This document shows, in pieces, positions 40,260-51,954 of a stretch of DNA of 64,000 nt (positions within the stretch are counted from its first letter, which is position 1; every line of letters begins with the position of its first letter). The notes below the pieces were generated by a model that was not told the DNA's origin, did no database searches, and saw only the letters and a program-made list of their open reading frames with translations. Position numbers and translations under genes: made by a program. The stretch lies in contig NC_042998.1 in NCBI RefSeq assembly GCF_006345805.1, positions 142,848,001 through 142,912,000 of the forward strand, read 5' to 3'. The DNA comes from Octopus sinensis. Its lineage: Eukaryota.

Positions 40260-41230
40260 AACATACATCTATAAATATGTATATATATATATTATATATA
40301 TATATATGTGTGTGTGTATGTATGTATACATAAACATCTATATATGCATATGCAACGGGCTTTCAGGTTCTATCTACCAAATCCACTCACAAGGCTTTCC
40401 CACGTGATTGGGTAGCAAACTGCTTAACACACCCACGCCTGTGTCTATACGCACACTCGCATATATATGCTAGTGTGGTGTATGTGTGTGTGTGTTCCAT
40501 CTTCTCAGCCTCCCCTTCTCAGATCTTAGCATACGACTTTATTCCTAGTACCCATTAACATCACGAAAGCTAATATACAGTTTGTTGATACACAGTATAA
40601 GGGGTATACCACATAACCAATTTCTATTCTGGAACCGTAACAAAATGATATTTTAAAACATAGGACTGCTTTATCGAACATCTTCCATTTAACCTAGTTG
40701 GAGAGAAAAAATTACGAAAGATTTGTTTGAAAATGTTATTGTTGTTGTAGTAACAGTGATGTTAAATCGAGTGCGGTTTAAGTCGAGCATTCAAAATAGG
40801 CGAGGGCAGGATTTGAATTTAGAACGCAAAAACTGGACTCATACGTTCGGTTCGATGTCCTTACTGTTTCGCTAATCAACCTTCCTGGATTGATACTTAT
40901 TTTATCGACTCCGAAATTGTGGAGAAAACAGTGGTCACCTCGGCGGGATATGAACTCAGAGGGTAAAAGAAATATCACGCGGTGCTTTATTAATACTAAG
41001 AAGGCTGCCAATTCGATGTGCTGACTTCACATCGTCGTTTTTGAAAATTTACAGGCATATTCCGGCATATATTAATATCAGACTTGCAAATGGAAGACAT
41101 CCGACAAATTGTCAGAAAGTCCGTAAATAAAGGACCAAGAGTTTGCAACAAAACCAAATTATTAGAAGCTATATTTTATACGAGTCGAGCAAAATGATGA
41201 TGATGATGACGACGACGATGATGAGGATGA

Positions 41231-41262
<32 letters not shown>

Positions 41263-41379
41263 ATGTTGGTGGTGGTGATGTTGTTGTTGTTGGTGGTGGT
41301 GTACCCCTATCATACGTGTAGTCATGTGTATATTGGGCTTCGTATATTTGTATCTCAGTGTCACTATGATGGTACTATA

Positions 41380-41412
<33 letters not shown>

Positions 41413-41956
41413 CAGTTGATGATGATGATTCTTTCTATTATAGGCACAAGGCAAGCAATTTCAGTGGATGGGATAAGTCTATTACATGATCTCAGTACTT
41501 AACTGGCACTTATTTTATCGACCCCACAAAGGATGAAGGGTAAAGTCAACCTCGGCGGAATTTGAAGTTAGACCGGCGTGCTAATAATTGTAACTGAGTT
41601 AAATACAAAAAAAAAAAAGAAAAAAAGGAAAAGAAAGAAAAAAAGAAGAAAAAACAGAATGCATTTAATCAAAAGATCGAATAAAATGGTCAGAAACCAT
41701 ATGCAGGAGCTTTGCAGATCTAAATATAACAGTTATAAATATGGATGTGTCAGAAGAATTTTCTAAATTAAGCAACAAATTTGATATCCCTAAATGACAA
41801 CCTCTTCCCTTTCAGACACCCTGGCACTTCAAGTGGTCGGAACTTCGCCAATTCTAAGCGTAACTATACTCTTGGCACCGAATGTGCTTCACCTCTTGAC
41901 TCGTCCACGAAAGCCAAGTGGATAAGTGAAACAAAGTGCAATAAAGTCACCTAGGT

Positions 41957-41994
<38 letters not shown>

Positions 41995-42248
41995 ATAGTG
42001 TAATAAATAAAATATATGCATACATACAAACATATATGTACGTACCTACATCTACATGTATATATACATGCATATATAAATAGACGTAGAACTCAACAGA
42101 AACGAAAACGGAAAAGCCATTTTTTTACAACAGAAAGACAGAGACGTGGAACAGGACGAGAACGAAAACGGGAAAAACATTATTTACAGCAGAAAAACAA
42201 TGTACAGGACATACTACACAAGGAAAAAATAACCTTCATCAGCTGTCG

Positions 42249-42303
42249 CTAGTAGACTTAGCGTGTTTCGAAGGCAAGACAGGACACGACTCGTCAATAC
42301 TAG
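42249..42303 (-). ncRNA. Minimal type I hammerhead candidate inside a foldback-family copy (42016-42350)
   Basis: CTAGTA TTGACGA G..C GAAA C acgctaa G TC TACTAG: perfect 6-bp stem I, GUC triplet, single-bp stem II, 2-bp stem III. Confidence 0.55.
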
Positions 42304-43006
42304 GCCTTCCTGCGAGAGAATTAAAATAAAATAACCTCGCAGAGGGGTAAAACAAGCACGAACAGTTTGTGTTACATTTTTTTGTGCCAGGTCAAAGCCA
42401 GGTCAAAAAACAAAGGGCTATATGTATCATGTGTGTGTGTTGTTTGTAGTGTGTGTGTGTGCATGTGTGTGTTCGTGTGTGTATGCGTAGAGTGTGGGTG
42501 TGTGGCGAGTAACTGCTTAACCTAGTGCGTGTGTGCGTGTGTGCTTGTACGTGCGTGTGTGTGTGTAGGGATGTATGTGTGGGTTCATTTGTGTGAGAGT
42601 GTATGTATGTACGTGTATGTGTGTGCGTGTGTGTGTGTATGTGCGTGCGAGTGAATGTATGTATATATATGTGCGTATGTGTACAATGTAGAGGCTTATA
42701 TGTGTATATATGTGTGTGTGTGTATGTGTGTATGTGTGTGTATGTGTATGCATGTATGTATATGTATGCGTGTGTGTATGTATGTATGTGTGTATGTGTG
42801 TGTGTATGTGTGTATGTATGCGTATGTGTATGTATGTGTGTATGTGTGTGTGTATGTGTGTATGTATGTATGTATGTATGTATGTGTGTGTATGTATGTG
42901 TGTGTGTATGTATGTATGTACGTATATATATTAACAGTAATGGTATGACAACAAAAGAACGAATGAGACCTCGATATTACGTAAATAGAGGAACTTATCT
43001 GAATTG

Positions 43007-43148
43007 TAATATGTGACAATTATTCGGTTGCCATAATAAGACTCCGAGTTTCGGATGTCGGGGCTGAAAACTGCTCCGGCATCTCGTCAGTTATCGAGGC
43101 AATCAAAAAATGCTACAGCATTATGGCAACCGAATAATTGTCACATAT

Positions 43149-43150
<2 letters not shown>
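43007..43150 (-). mobile_element. 144-bp element with perfect 31-bp terminal inverted repeats enclosing a hammerhead
   Basis: TAATATGTGACAATTATTCGGTTGCCATAAT (43007-43037) is the exact reverse complement of 43120-43150. Confidence 0.85.
43035..43095 (-). ncRNA. Type I hammerhead ribozyme
   Basis: GATAA CTGACGA GATGCCGGAGC agttttca GCCCCGACATC c GAAA CTC g GAG TC TTATT. Predicted cut between 43040 and 43039; one extra C before GAAA. Confidence 0.7.
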
Positions 43151-43183
<33 letters not shown>

Positions 43184-43689
43184 ATATATAATGATTTCGC
43201 TTAGTCATTGCGATACAACCAGTTGTTTGAACTCAATATACATATGCTTTAAGCAAAGCTTAATATTGGTTTCAAATTTTGGCACAAGACCGGCACAAGA
43301 CCAGCGGAAGATGGAGGTAAGTGCTCAACAGGTACTTGTTTTATTGACGCCGAAAAATTGAAAGGCAAAGTTTATCTCGGCGGAATTTGAACTCAGAATG
43401 GACGAAAAGCTGCTAAGCATTTTGCCCGGCGTGCTAAGGATTCTACCTGCTCGTCGCCCTAGAGCAAAGCGTGATATTAATGTATAACAGGTAAACAGGA
43501 GTCTCGTACTCAACCTCATCAGCTTACAGCTGTTTCTACTATAAAAAAGCATTGCACTCAGAGTTGAGTTCTTGTATAACATCCTATAGACATACATGCA
43601 TGTACATAGATGTGTGTGTGTGTGCGTAAGTGAATTCAACATAAAAGACGCTTTATCGCAAGCAAAAGGGGCAGGAGTTACATAAAGAT

Positions 43690-44030
43690 ATTGGAAGCTC
43701 TTTCTCCTGATGGTGAGTAAAATTATATCGCAGAGTTGGAAAGTCTTCTATATCTTCACCAAGAATCTCAGGGTCACGTACGTTGCGCCCCTTAGCCTGT
43801 AAGCTTCACCTGGGCATATGAGTGGCAATTAGGAATAAATTAGCTATCACCAGCAGAAGGGTTCCACCTGCGATCTTTCATCAACCACAACCACCTGGAG
43901 CAGGCCTCAGCTGCTATAGCTGACTCCATTGAGGCGTTGTTCAGTTGTTTGGGTTCTAAACTGAATTTCTACAAGAAACAGCGCACTACTATTGCCAAGA
44001 AACCGCGGTAGCTATCTTCAGTGGGGTTTC
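43690..44030 (-). pseudogene. HERO-like RLE non-LTR retrotransposon, ORF end and 3' UTR
   Basis: PTEDSYRGFLA (cf. PVEVGCRGFVA) and AAEACSRWLWLMKDRRW (cf. AE.aS.WLW). Confidence 0.55.
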
Positions 44031-44280
44031 TCGAGTATGAAGAAGCTCAGTTGCTGTTTTACAATTAGGTAATCGACACTTTCTTATGTAGCTGTCATCA
44101 TACATACCCAACAGTCTTCTTTCTTGCTCACTACATCTGATTCCTTTTATGCCTAGTTTTTCTCTCAACACTATGTCTTTCATGCATACTTACATTTCAC
44201 ATCCAAAGGCGCATGCTTACTTAATATGTTTCGAGTCTTCTCAGGTTATCTATATTTAAGTACGTGTTGCAAGAAAGGAA
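44030..44280 (-). pseudogene. RTE (BovB-like) ORF C-terminal fragment
   Basis: LRRLE..SMRLWM.NVS..LREKLGIKGIRCS.QERRL..DDSYIRKCR. Confidence 0.7.
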
Positions 44281-44399
44281 ATCTGCCAATAAAATTTGAA
44301 GTAAATCCTTCAACGTCTCCAACCAAGAAGCGTCGATACAATTAGAGGGCCACTGCTTAGAGGGATGAACTGTAGAATTCTTCAGTACTAATTTATAAT

Positions 44400-44845
44400 T
44401 GTGTGGAGAGCCATTTCTAAGTTAACACCTTTCTTGGCCATGGATCCTGAACAACACCGTAAAGTAGTACGAAATGTCTTCTTACTGGCACCTTTCACTA
44501 GGCTCTTGAACACGAGAGGTAGATGGCAGGAGGCTGTGTAAGTATATGACAGCCTTTTGTTTGATTTGAGGTAGGGCCTGTTTGAACAAGTACCCAGGTC
44601 CAAGGTTAGATCTAAAAACTTAACTGTGGTAGAATTGGCCTCAATCGTCATCTTGAATCCAAGGGAGCTAAGGGTGCGAATTAGCTCCTTCCTAAACCTG
44701 TCTATGGTAAACTAGCTAGAGCCTCTACAGATGGCTAAAGCATCATCTCTGTATAGATCAAAAGAACTGACGGGAGCCACTTCGTTGAAATGTCCTGTAT
44801 ATACAATCCTATGAGGTTGTAGATATCCACGCTATCGAATGCTTA
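44400..44845 (-). pseudogene. Penelope-like reverse transcriptase fragment
   Basis: LYRDDALAI (YRDD catalytic motif)..GFKMTIEANSTTVKFLDLTLDL..RPY.KSN..SCH.P. The 5' end is cut by a family A SINE (44846-44985). Confidence 0.8.
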
Positions 44846-46000
44846 ACCGTCTACCAAATCCACTCACAAGGCTTTGGTCGGCCCGAAGCTATAGTAGAAG
44901 ACACTTGCCCAAGGTGTCACGCAGTGGGACTGAACCCGGAACTATGTAGTTGGTAAACAAGCTACTTACTACACAGCCACTCCTATATTCTTTTCTTTTC
45001 TTTTATTCTTTAATAATAATAACAATAATCCTTGGATGGAATTTATAAACATTTAATGCATCGTTATGCGCGTTTCCACAAATCGCATGTCTGTTAAGAT
45101 CACAGTCCATACTCCTGGGATGATTACAGTATAGTCCGTAGTATCCGTAGGCATCAAGTTGATCATCTTCATGGATTCATTTCTTCGGGCGATATAACGT
45201 TAACGGTTGTTTAACAGTGCGAAGGTTGGTTGAATTATGTGGATATTTGTGTATATTTGGTGGGGGAGAGAGGAAGGTGGTCGAAAGACATGAATGAATG
45301 GTAGTTATAAGGGGATGGAGGTATTTGTAGTGATGTTGGACTTATTTTGCTATTCAGTCTGCAGATCTCAAGGTGGGTGGTACATTCCTTTGTTCGATCT
45401 CATTTAAGGCATGACTATCTTCAATGAATTCTGGCGTAAACAGGTCAGCCGGTACAGTCATTATATCAATCAGCTGTTGGGGTTAATTGCCTGAATTGGT
45501 AAATGAAACTGTCTTAGGGTGACCTTTTAATTGTTTCTGGTGCTATAGTGTATAGCGCCCTAAATATTGGTTGGTTTATTTGTTTGTGATCCTTTCTTGT
45601 TCTATAATGTGCTATGGGCGTTTGATGTTATTCCGTTTCAAAATGTCTTTTTCAGATTCCAGAAACGATGTTTACATGATATGATCACCTCGGAGTGTCT
45701 GTTTATCACGTTTTCCCTGGATGTGAGTGTGTGTGTGCGCGCGCGCGTGTATAAGTAATATAGACAGCAGTGTGCAATACTCCACCAAAAAAGAAAACTA
45801 TAATTGTCACTAAATATAATAGGGTGTTAGAAACACCTACATTGCTAGAAATAAGAGCTAAAATGCTCTAGTGCTGTAGTCAAAGCACATAATTGTTTAC
45901 GTACTGAGACATGACAGAAGTAAATCATTAAAATTTATAATCGTTAAAATTTATCTAAACCCTAAATTATAGATCCAAACTATTTAGCAATTATTATATA

Positions 46001-46530
46001 ATATTTAATAGACATTCCTTTTGCATTTTTCAATACAAGGACCCTATTAGGCATGCTACTGATCAGATGACGAATATTCTCTTGAGGGATTTTTTGTTAA
46101 GTCTCATATATTAATTTCAAAAGATCTGGATTTACGAATGCTTTCTTCTTTTTACAAAATTTGATGTCCATTATGCCCTAGGGGTGTTCAATAGAGTTCA
46201 TATCTGGTGACTGGCTTGGCCATGGAAGCTTTTTAATGCCATTCTCTTCCTACCAATCTTAGATCTTTTTAAGTGTATTCCAAAAATAAAGAGTCTTCTT
46301 TAATGATTTCACCACTGGAAAAGATTGGAAGAGTCCTTTCTGCAATATGGACACATATTTATCTGAGTTTATGTTTCTCTCACACTCCACCAGCTCTGGT
46401 CGACCATTGCTCCCCAGACCATCACAAAATAGCCACCGTGTTTCATTGATGGCTGCAATCTTTTCACGTTAACTTCTTGGTCACAGAGTCTCCAGACCTA
46501 CACTTGACCACTGTCAGAAAATACAGCATA
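46001..46530 (-). pseudogene. Tc1-family transposase relic
   Basis: VFSD..VWR..PSMKHGGYFVMVWG..INSDKYVSIL..WPSQSPDMNSIEH..SMPNRV..KG; stops and deletions. Confidence 0.85.
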
Positions 46531-46914
46531 TCTGAACTTATTCAACGCGTAGATACTAAACAGTATATGTACAAAGGATATAAACCTTATTTTTAAAGGA
46601 AAATTTGTCGTTTTTTAAATTTTATATATATATATATTATATATATATATATATGTATATATATATTATATATATATATATATAATATATATATATATAT
46701 ATAAGCAGAAAATGGAGAAAGCTTTTGATCGACAAGCAAATTGACCAACATCGGTTAATTATTTTTAAATACAAAACATAACATAACGTTTGTTTATTCA
46801 GTTATTACCTGTACCCTATGATCATAGTGTGCTTGCATATCCACGGCCAGGGATAGTATAGGTAAATGATACCGGTTGTAAGAATGGATATTCTTATCCC
46901 TTAGACGGTTATAT

Positions 46915-46969
<55 letters not shown>

Positions 46970-46972
<3 letters not shown>

Positions 46973-49900
46973 TATGATAAAAGGCAGATTTTCTCTGCCT
47001 GTTACCATGTTCCTTTTTAATACAATTCTACAATATAGAATTATTTCCATTGGAATTTACCTATGATTTTTCGAAGTAGATTCGATTGGGTCATGGCATA
47101 TAAAGTTTTTTCAATTTGACCCCCAATTAAGCAAAAATTCGAGAAAACTCAATATTTTACGATTTGCCTCTCTCATTTCAAGTGGTTTACTCCTGCGATT
47201 ACCACCACACTTTCTCCTACTTTCTCTTTGCAAGTGTGAAACTATTAAAGTGAAAGTATTATATAACAGGGATGAGCCATTAATAGTGGTCATCCTTTTT
47301 GCTAGAGGAAGATCCGCTATGGTCTTATATGCTACACCACTGGTTTTCAATTCATATTAATCAAATTAATATTCAATTTTTCACCCTTATTGTGTGTGTG
47401 TGTGTGTGTGTGTGTGTATTAGCAATTCGTATAAAATTGCATCAATGACTTGAACTTGAATAAGTGGTTTCACATAAATGGGGATAAATTAAAAAGGTTT
47501 GTTGTTATTATTATTACTGTTTGACTATTGTAATCACGTTTGTTGGTTTCTCGTCTGGGAAACGTTGTTGTGTTGCATTTGTTAAATAATTGTAAACCGT
47601 AACCCCCCCCCTTTCGGAGAAGGGGCTTTGGTTATTGTTTAAAAATTGAATTGTGTCCCTGTTTGGGGAAATTGACAATATTTTCACCGTCTTTACGGAA
47701 GCATTTTTGTTAAAATGCCTTCGATAGAAGAAAGTCCAAAAATGAATTTCGCTGCAGCCGTACACTTCTATACAAGAGGGAGGACAAGATCCAATTGATC
47801 GAAATTGCAAGAGACGGGCCTACAATTCCAGTCTGTTATATATTTTGAGTATTGTTATCACTAGCGATATCAAGAAATAACTTTGTATTTTGTATTTTAT
47901 GTGTAGATGTATATATATAGATGTACATGTAATATGTACACATATATATACACATATATACATGCATAATATATCTACCAATACACACATACGCACACAC
48001 ACACACATACATAGGGGCAGGTGTGGCTGTGGGGTAACAAACTACGTTCCAAACACATGGTCCTGGGTTCAGTCCCACTGTGTGGTGACTTGGCATGTGT
48101 CTTCTGCTGTAGCTTCAGACCAACAAAAGCCTTCTCAGTGGATTTTGTACATATATACAGGCATACATACATATATATACATGCATACGTACATATTCGG
48201 CATAAACACTCTACCACTACAACTAATAACTGTTGGTAACACTTTCAAACCTGCCTTACATTCGAACCGGAATCTCAAAAACATTGTCCCCTTCAGCGCC
48301 AAGCTCAACTGCTCTATCCTGACATGGAGGGTATCAGCAATGAAATCTATAACAAAACACTCATTGACGTTGAAGACAGAATTGCTAAACTGGGTGGAAA
48401 TGAATTGTCGACGTATGGCCTGCCTCAAGCATTCATGTCAGGGTCAAATAGCCTTCCCACTGCTGTCATTCGTGAAACAACCTACGACATTCAAGCGCTT
48501 TCAAAGTACATTGTTGAAAATGAGCCTAAATTACTTCCGGACCAGCTGCAGGCCTACAGAACTATTCTTAACAGTGTACGCCAACGCGAGGGACGAATCT
48601 TCTTCCTCGATGCTCCTGGAGGGACAGGAAAAATATTTATTACAAAGCTTCTCCTTGCAGAAGTTAGGTAGCGTCAGGACATTGCAGTAGCTGTAGCCTC
48701 CTCTGGCATTGCAGCTACTTTGTTACCTGGTGGCAGGACAGCACACTCAACTTTTAAACTTCCTCTCAATTTAGCAGCATCCGAAATGCCTTCATGCAAC
48801 ATCAACAAAAGCTCAGATCAGGGACAAGTACTTAAAATGTGTTATGTAACTGTCTGGGATGAGTGCACTATGGCTTACAAGGGAGCTTTGGAAGCATTAG
48901 ATAGAGCTCTGAAAGACATCCGAGACTGTCAGGCTCCAATGGGAGGTGTAACGCTTCTGTTGTCAGGTGATTTCAGGCAAACTCTTCCTGTCATTCCGAA
49001 AGGCACTAGAGCTGATGAAGTTCAAGCATGCCTAAAGTCCTCTACCCTGTGGCATCATGTTACAATCTTTAGTCTCTCCACTAACATGAGAGCTCAGCTA
49101 CACGGTGACAAAATGTCCACAAATTTTGCACAGGACATTTTGACACTTGGTGAAGGCAAGATGCCTCTCGATGCTGCAGGACAAATGGAAGTGTGGTCAT
49201 TTTCCTCTGTTGTTAATTCTGTAGATGACCTAAAAAACAAAGTCTTTCCCAACTTCACACAAAACTACCAAAATCACAATTGGGTGTGTGAAAGAGCAAT
49301 ATTAGCTCCAAAAAACGTCGCTGTTAACAAAATTAATCAACAGCTAATGCAGTCTCTTCCTGGCACTATACACACTTACAAGTCTGTTGATACAATTCCA
49401 GATATAAATGAAGTTGTGAACTATCCTGAATTTCTCAATTCACTGGAGCCTCCTCGACTACCTCCACACATATTACCACTTAAAGTTGGAACTCCTGTAA
49501 TGCTACTCCGCAATCTGGAACCACCAAGACTTTGCAATGGAACACGACTGGTGATAAAGAAAATGATATTACACGTTATCGAGGCGATCATTCTTTCTGG
49601 ATGTGGAAAAGGTGATGACGTCTTTATTCCAAGATTTCCTCTTACTCCATCAGGAGCAGAAATTCCATTTACATTCAGAAGACTGCAATTCCTCCTTCGT
49701 GTCAGCTTTGGCATGCCCATTAACAAATCTCAGGGTCAAACCCTCCCTTGGAAGAGCCCTGCTTCTCGCATAGGCAACTGCATGTTGGCTGCTCAAGAGT
49801 AGGAACCAAAAGAAACCTTTTTGTATATGTTCCACAAGGAAAAACAAGGAACATTGTTTACAACGAAGTGTTATAATTTCAACAGCCAGGAGGTATATAC

Positions 49901-49986
49901 ATGATCCCCCTTTTTTTTTTAACAAACTTCATGTACTTTCATGTATTTATATTAATATACATATATTTGTGTGTGTGTGTGTATCC

Positions 49987-50053
<67 letters not shown>

Positions 50054-50131
50054 TTATATATATATATATATAACAGAAAAGTCTAATTCTTCTATTGAAT
50101 GTAACCGGGCAACGCCGGGTATCTCTGCTTG
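46970..50131 (+). mobile_element. Internally deleted Helitron
   Basis: 5' A|TC start (TCTTATGATAAAAGGCAG) in a TA array; 3' hairpin CCGG-gcaacg-CCGG (50105-50118) then CTTG|T (degenerate CTAG) at 50128-50131; helicase in between. Confidence 0.65.
48195..49870 (+). pseudogene. Helitron RepHel, PIF1-like SF1 helicase half
   Basis: FLDAPGGTGK (Walker A), VASSGIAA, VWDECTM (Walker B), GDFRQTLPV, MLLRNL..LCNGTRL, INKSQGQTL. One in-frame TAG at 48669-48671 and a deletion/frameshift after motif V; no Rep (HUH) domain seen. Confidence 0.93.
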
Positions 50132-50149
50132 TATATATATATACTCTCT

Positions 50150-50360
50150 TTTTACCCTTTTATTCTTTTACTTGTTTCAGTCATTTGACTGCGGCCATGC
50201 TGGAGCACCGCCTTTAATCGAGCAACTCGACCCCGGGACTTATTCTTTGTAAGCCCAGTACTTATTCTATCGGTCTCTTTTGCCGAACCGCTTAGTTACA
50301 GGGACGTAAACACACCAGCATCGGTTGTCAAACATAGACACACAAACATACACACACACA

Positions 50361-50429
<69 letters not shown>

Positions 50430-50595
50430 TACGACGGGCTTCTTTCGGTTTCCGTCTACCAAATCCACTCACAAAGCTTTGGTCGGCCCGAGGCTATAGT
50501 AGAAGACACTTGCCCAAGGTGCCACGCAGTGGGACTGAACCCGGAACCATGTGGTTGGTAAGCAAGCTACTTACCACACAGCCACTCCTGCGCCT
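50150..50595 (-). mobile_element. Near-consensus complete family A SINE
   Basis: Head aggcgcaggagtggctgtgtggtaagtagc through tail ..gtcaaatgactgaaacaagtaaaaga. Further copies at ~5725(+), 6690, 19545, 34250, 39800-40450, 48010(+), 51140, 59930 and 61645(+). Confidence 0.92.
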
Positions 50596-51537
50596 ATATA
50601 TATATATTATATTATGGTCCTCAAAGGGAAGAAAATCGCAGTATTTCCAATGCAGCACTCAACCGGAGCTCGTGGCTCTTAAATTGGAGTCTCAAGGAAG
50701 ATCGAAATCCTGCTGGTGTAGAAAATTCAGGTATCACACCAGTAAATCCAATGAGTAGGTCTAACGAAAAGTAAAACATAGTCCAAATAAGAAGACAAAG
50801 AAAGCGTTTAGCATATCTTTAATGACCATTTACAATTATTTCGGATAACGTCATTGGACTCAGAAGTTCTATGTGAAAAGTTACGTAATATTTGCGGTTT
50901 TATTTGCAGATTATTTCCTCCCGATAGAAGTGACATACAACATTTGACAATCGTACATTATATGAACACACTTTTTGATGGAAGTGCCATCCAATGTATA
51001 AAAGGAGTGTCATCTAATGTATAAAACGCGAATATAAGGTAACCTTTTACATGAAACTTTTGTGCGCAATAGGGTTAAAAGCAGAGTAGCATTGAAACGA
51101 TTCTTTGCTTGTCTTTTTATTTGGATTATTTCCCCCTTCTTTTTCATTTTACTTGTTTCAGTCATTAGACTGCAGCCAAGCTGGGGCACTACCTTGAAGA
51201 ATTTTTAGTCGAATGAATAAACCCCATGACATTTTTAAAACCTGGTACTTATTCTATCGAGGATCTTTTGTCGAACCGCTAAGTTACGGGGACGTAAACA
51301 CATCAACACCGGTTGTCAAGCGGTGGTGGCCTTCTTTCAGTTTCCGTCTACCAAATCCACTCACAAGAGGCTATAGTAGAAAACTCTTGCACAATGTGCC
51401 ACACAGTGGGACAGACCCGGAACCATGTGTTTGGGAAGCAAGCTCCTTGCTATGCAGCCACACGCACACATATTCACACAATTCTTTATATTACGTCTGA
51501 ACTCAGAATTTTTTATATGTCTCCTAAAAGAGATATC

Positions 51538-51954
51538 GGATCTTTTCGGTTTGAACGGCAGTTTTTAAAAATAATTTCCACGTAACTAAACACTTTTAAA
51601 CTTCGTATACTGGTAGAATGTGTTTATAAAACATCTTTTTCTCTTAGCTTTATTGAGAAAATTCTATAGTTTGTAAGATATTTGTTGTTTTGTTTTCTTC
51701 AATTTCTGCAATTTCAACCAATCACTGATGTCTATTGAAGTGAAAACATTTTGTGCCGCATGAATATGTCCCTCGTTTAAGAAACAGATTGGGTTTATTT
51801 ACATTTCTGAAGAAAAAAAGATACCCTTCCCCCCACCCCTTCCCCTAACCCTAAAACAGATTGAAATGCAATAGATCGATACTAGGGTCATAATTATGGG
51901 TGACAATTTCATATGACACCGCTAGAAAAGCTGCCGTTCAAACCGAAAAGATCC
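51538..51954. mobile_element. 417-bp MITE, Merlin-like
   Basis: Perfect 24-bp TIR GGATCTTTTCGGTTTGAACGGCAG; perfect 8-bp TSD GAGATATC (51530-51537, 51955-51962); internal CCCTAACCCTAA. Confidence 0.88.

Noticed and set aside
45000-45520. Unique-looking stretch with a short minus-strand open frame (DDQLDAYGYYGLYC..)
   Set aside because: A stop lies just upstream and there is no acceptor or homology; it ends in an (ATT)n tail, so it is more likely a LINE 3' UTR. Family not identifiable.
48324-49802. Host PIF1 helicase gene
   Set aside because: Intronless, has a stop and a frameshift, and is bounded by Helitron-type termini.
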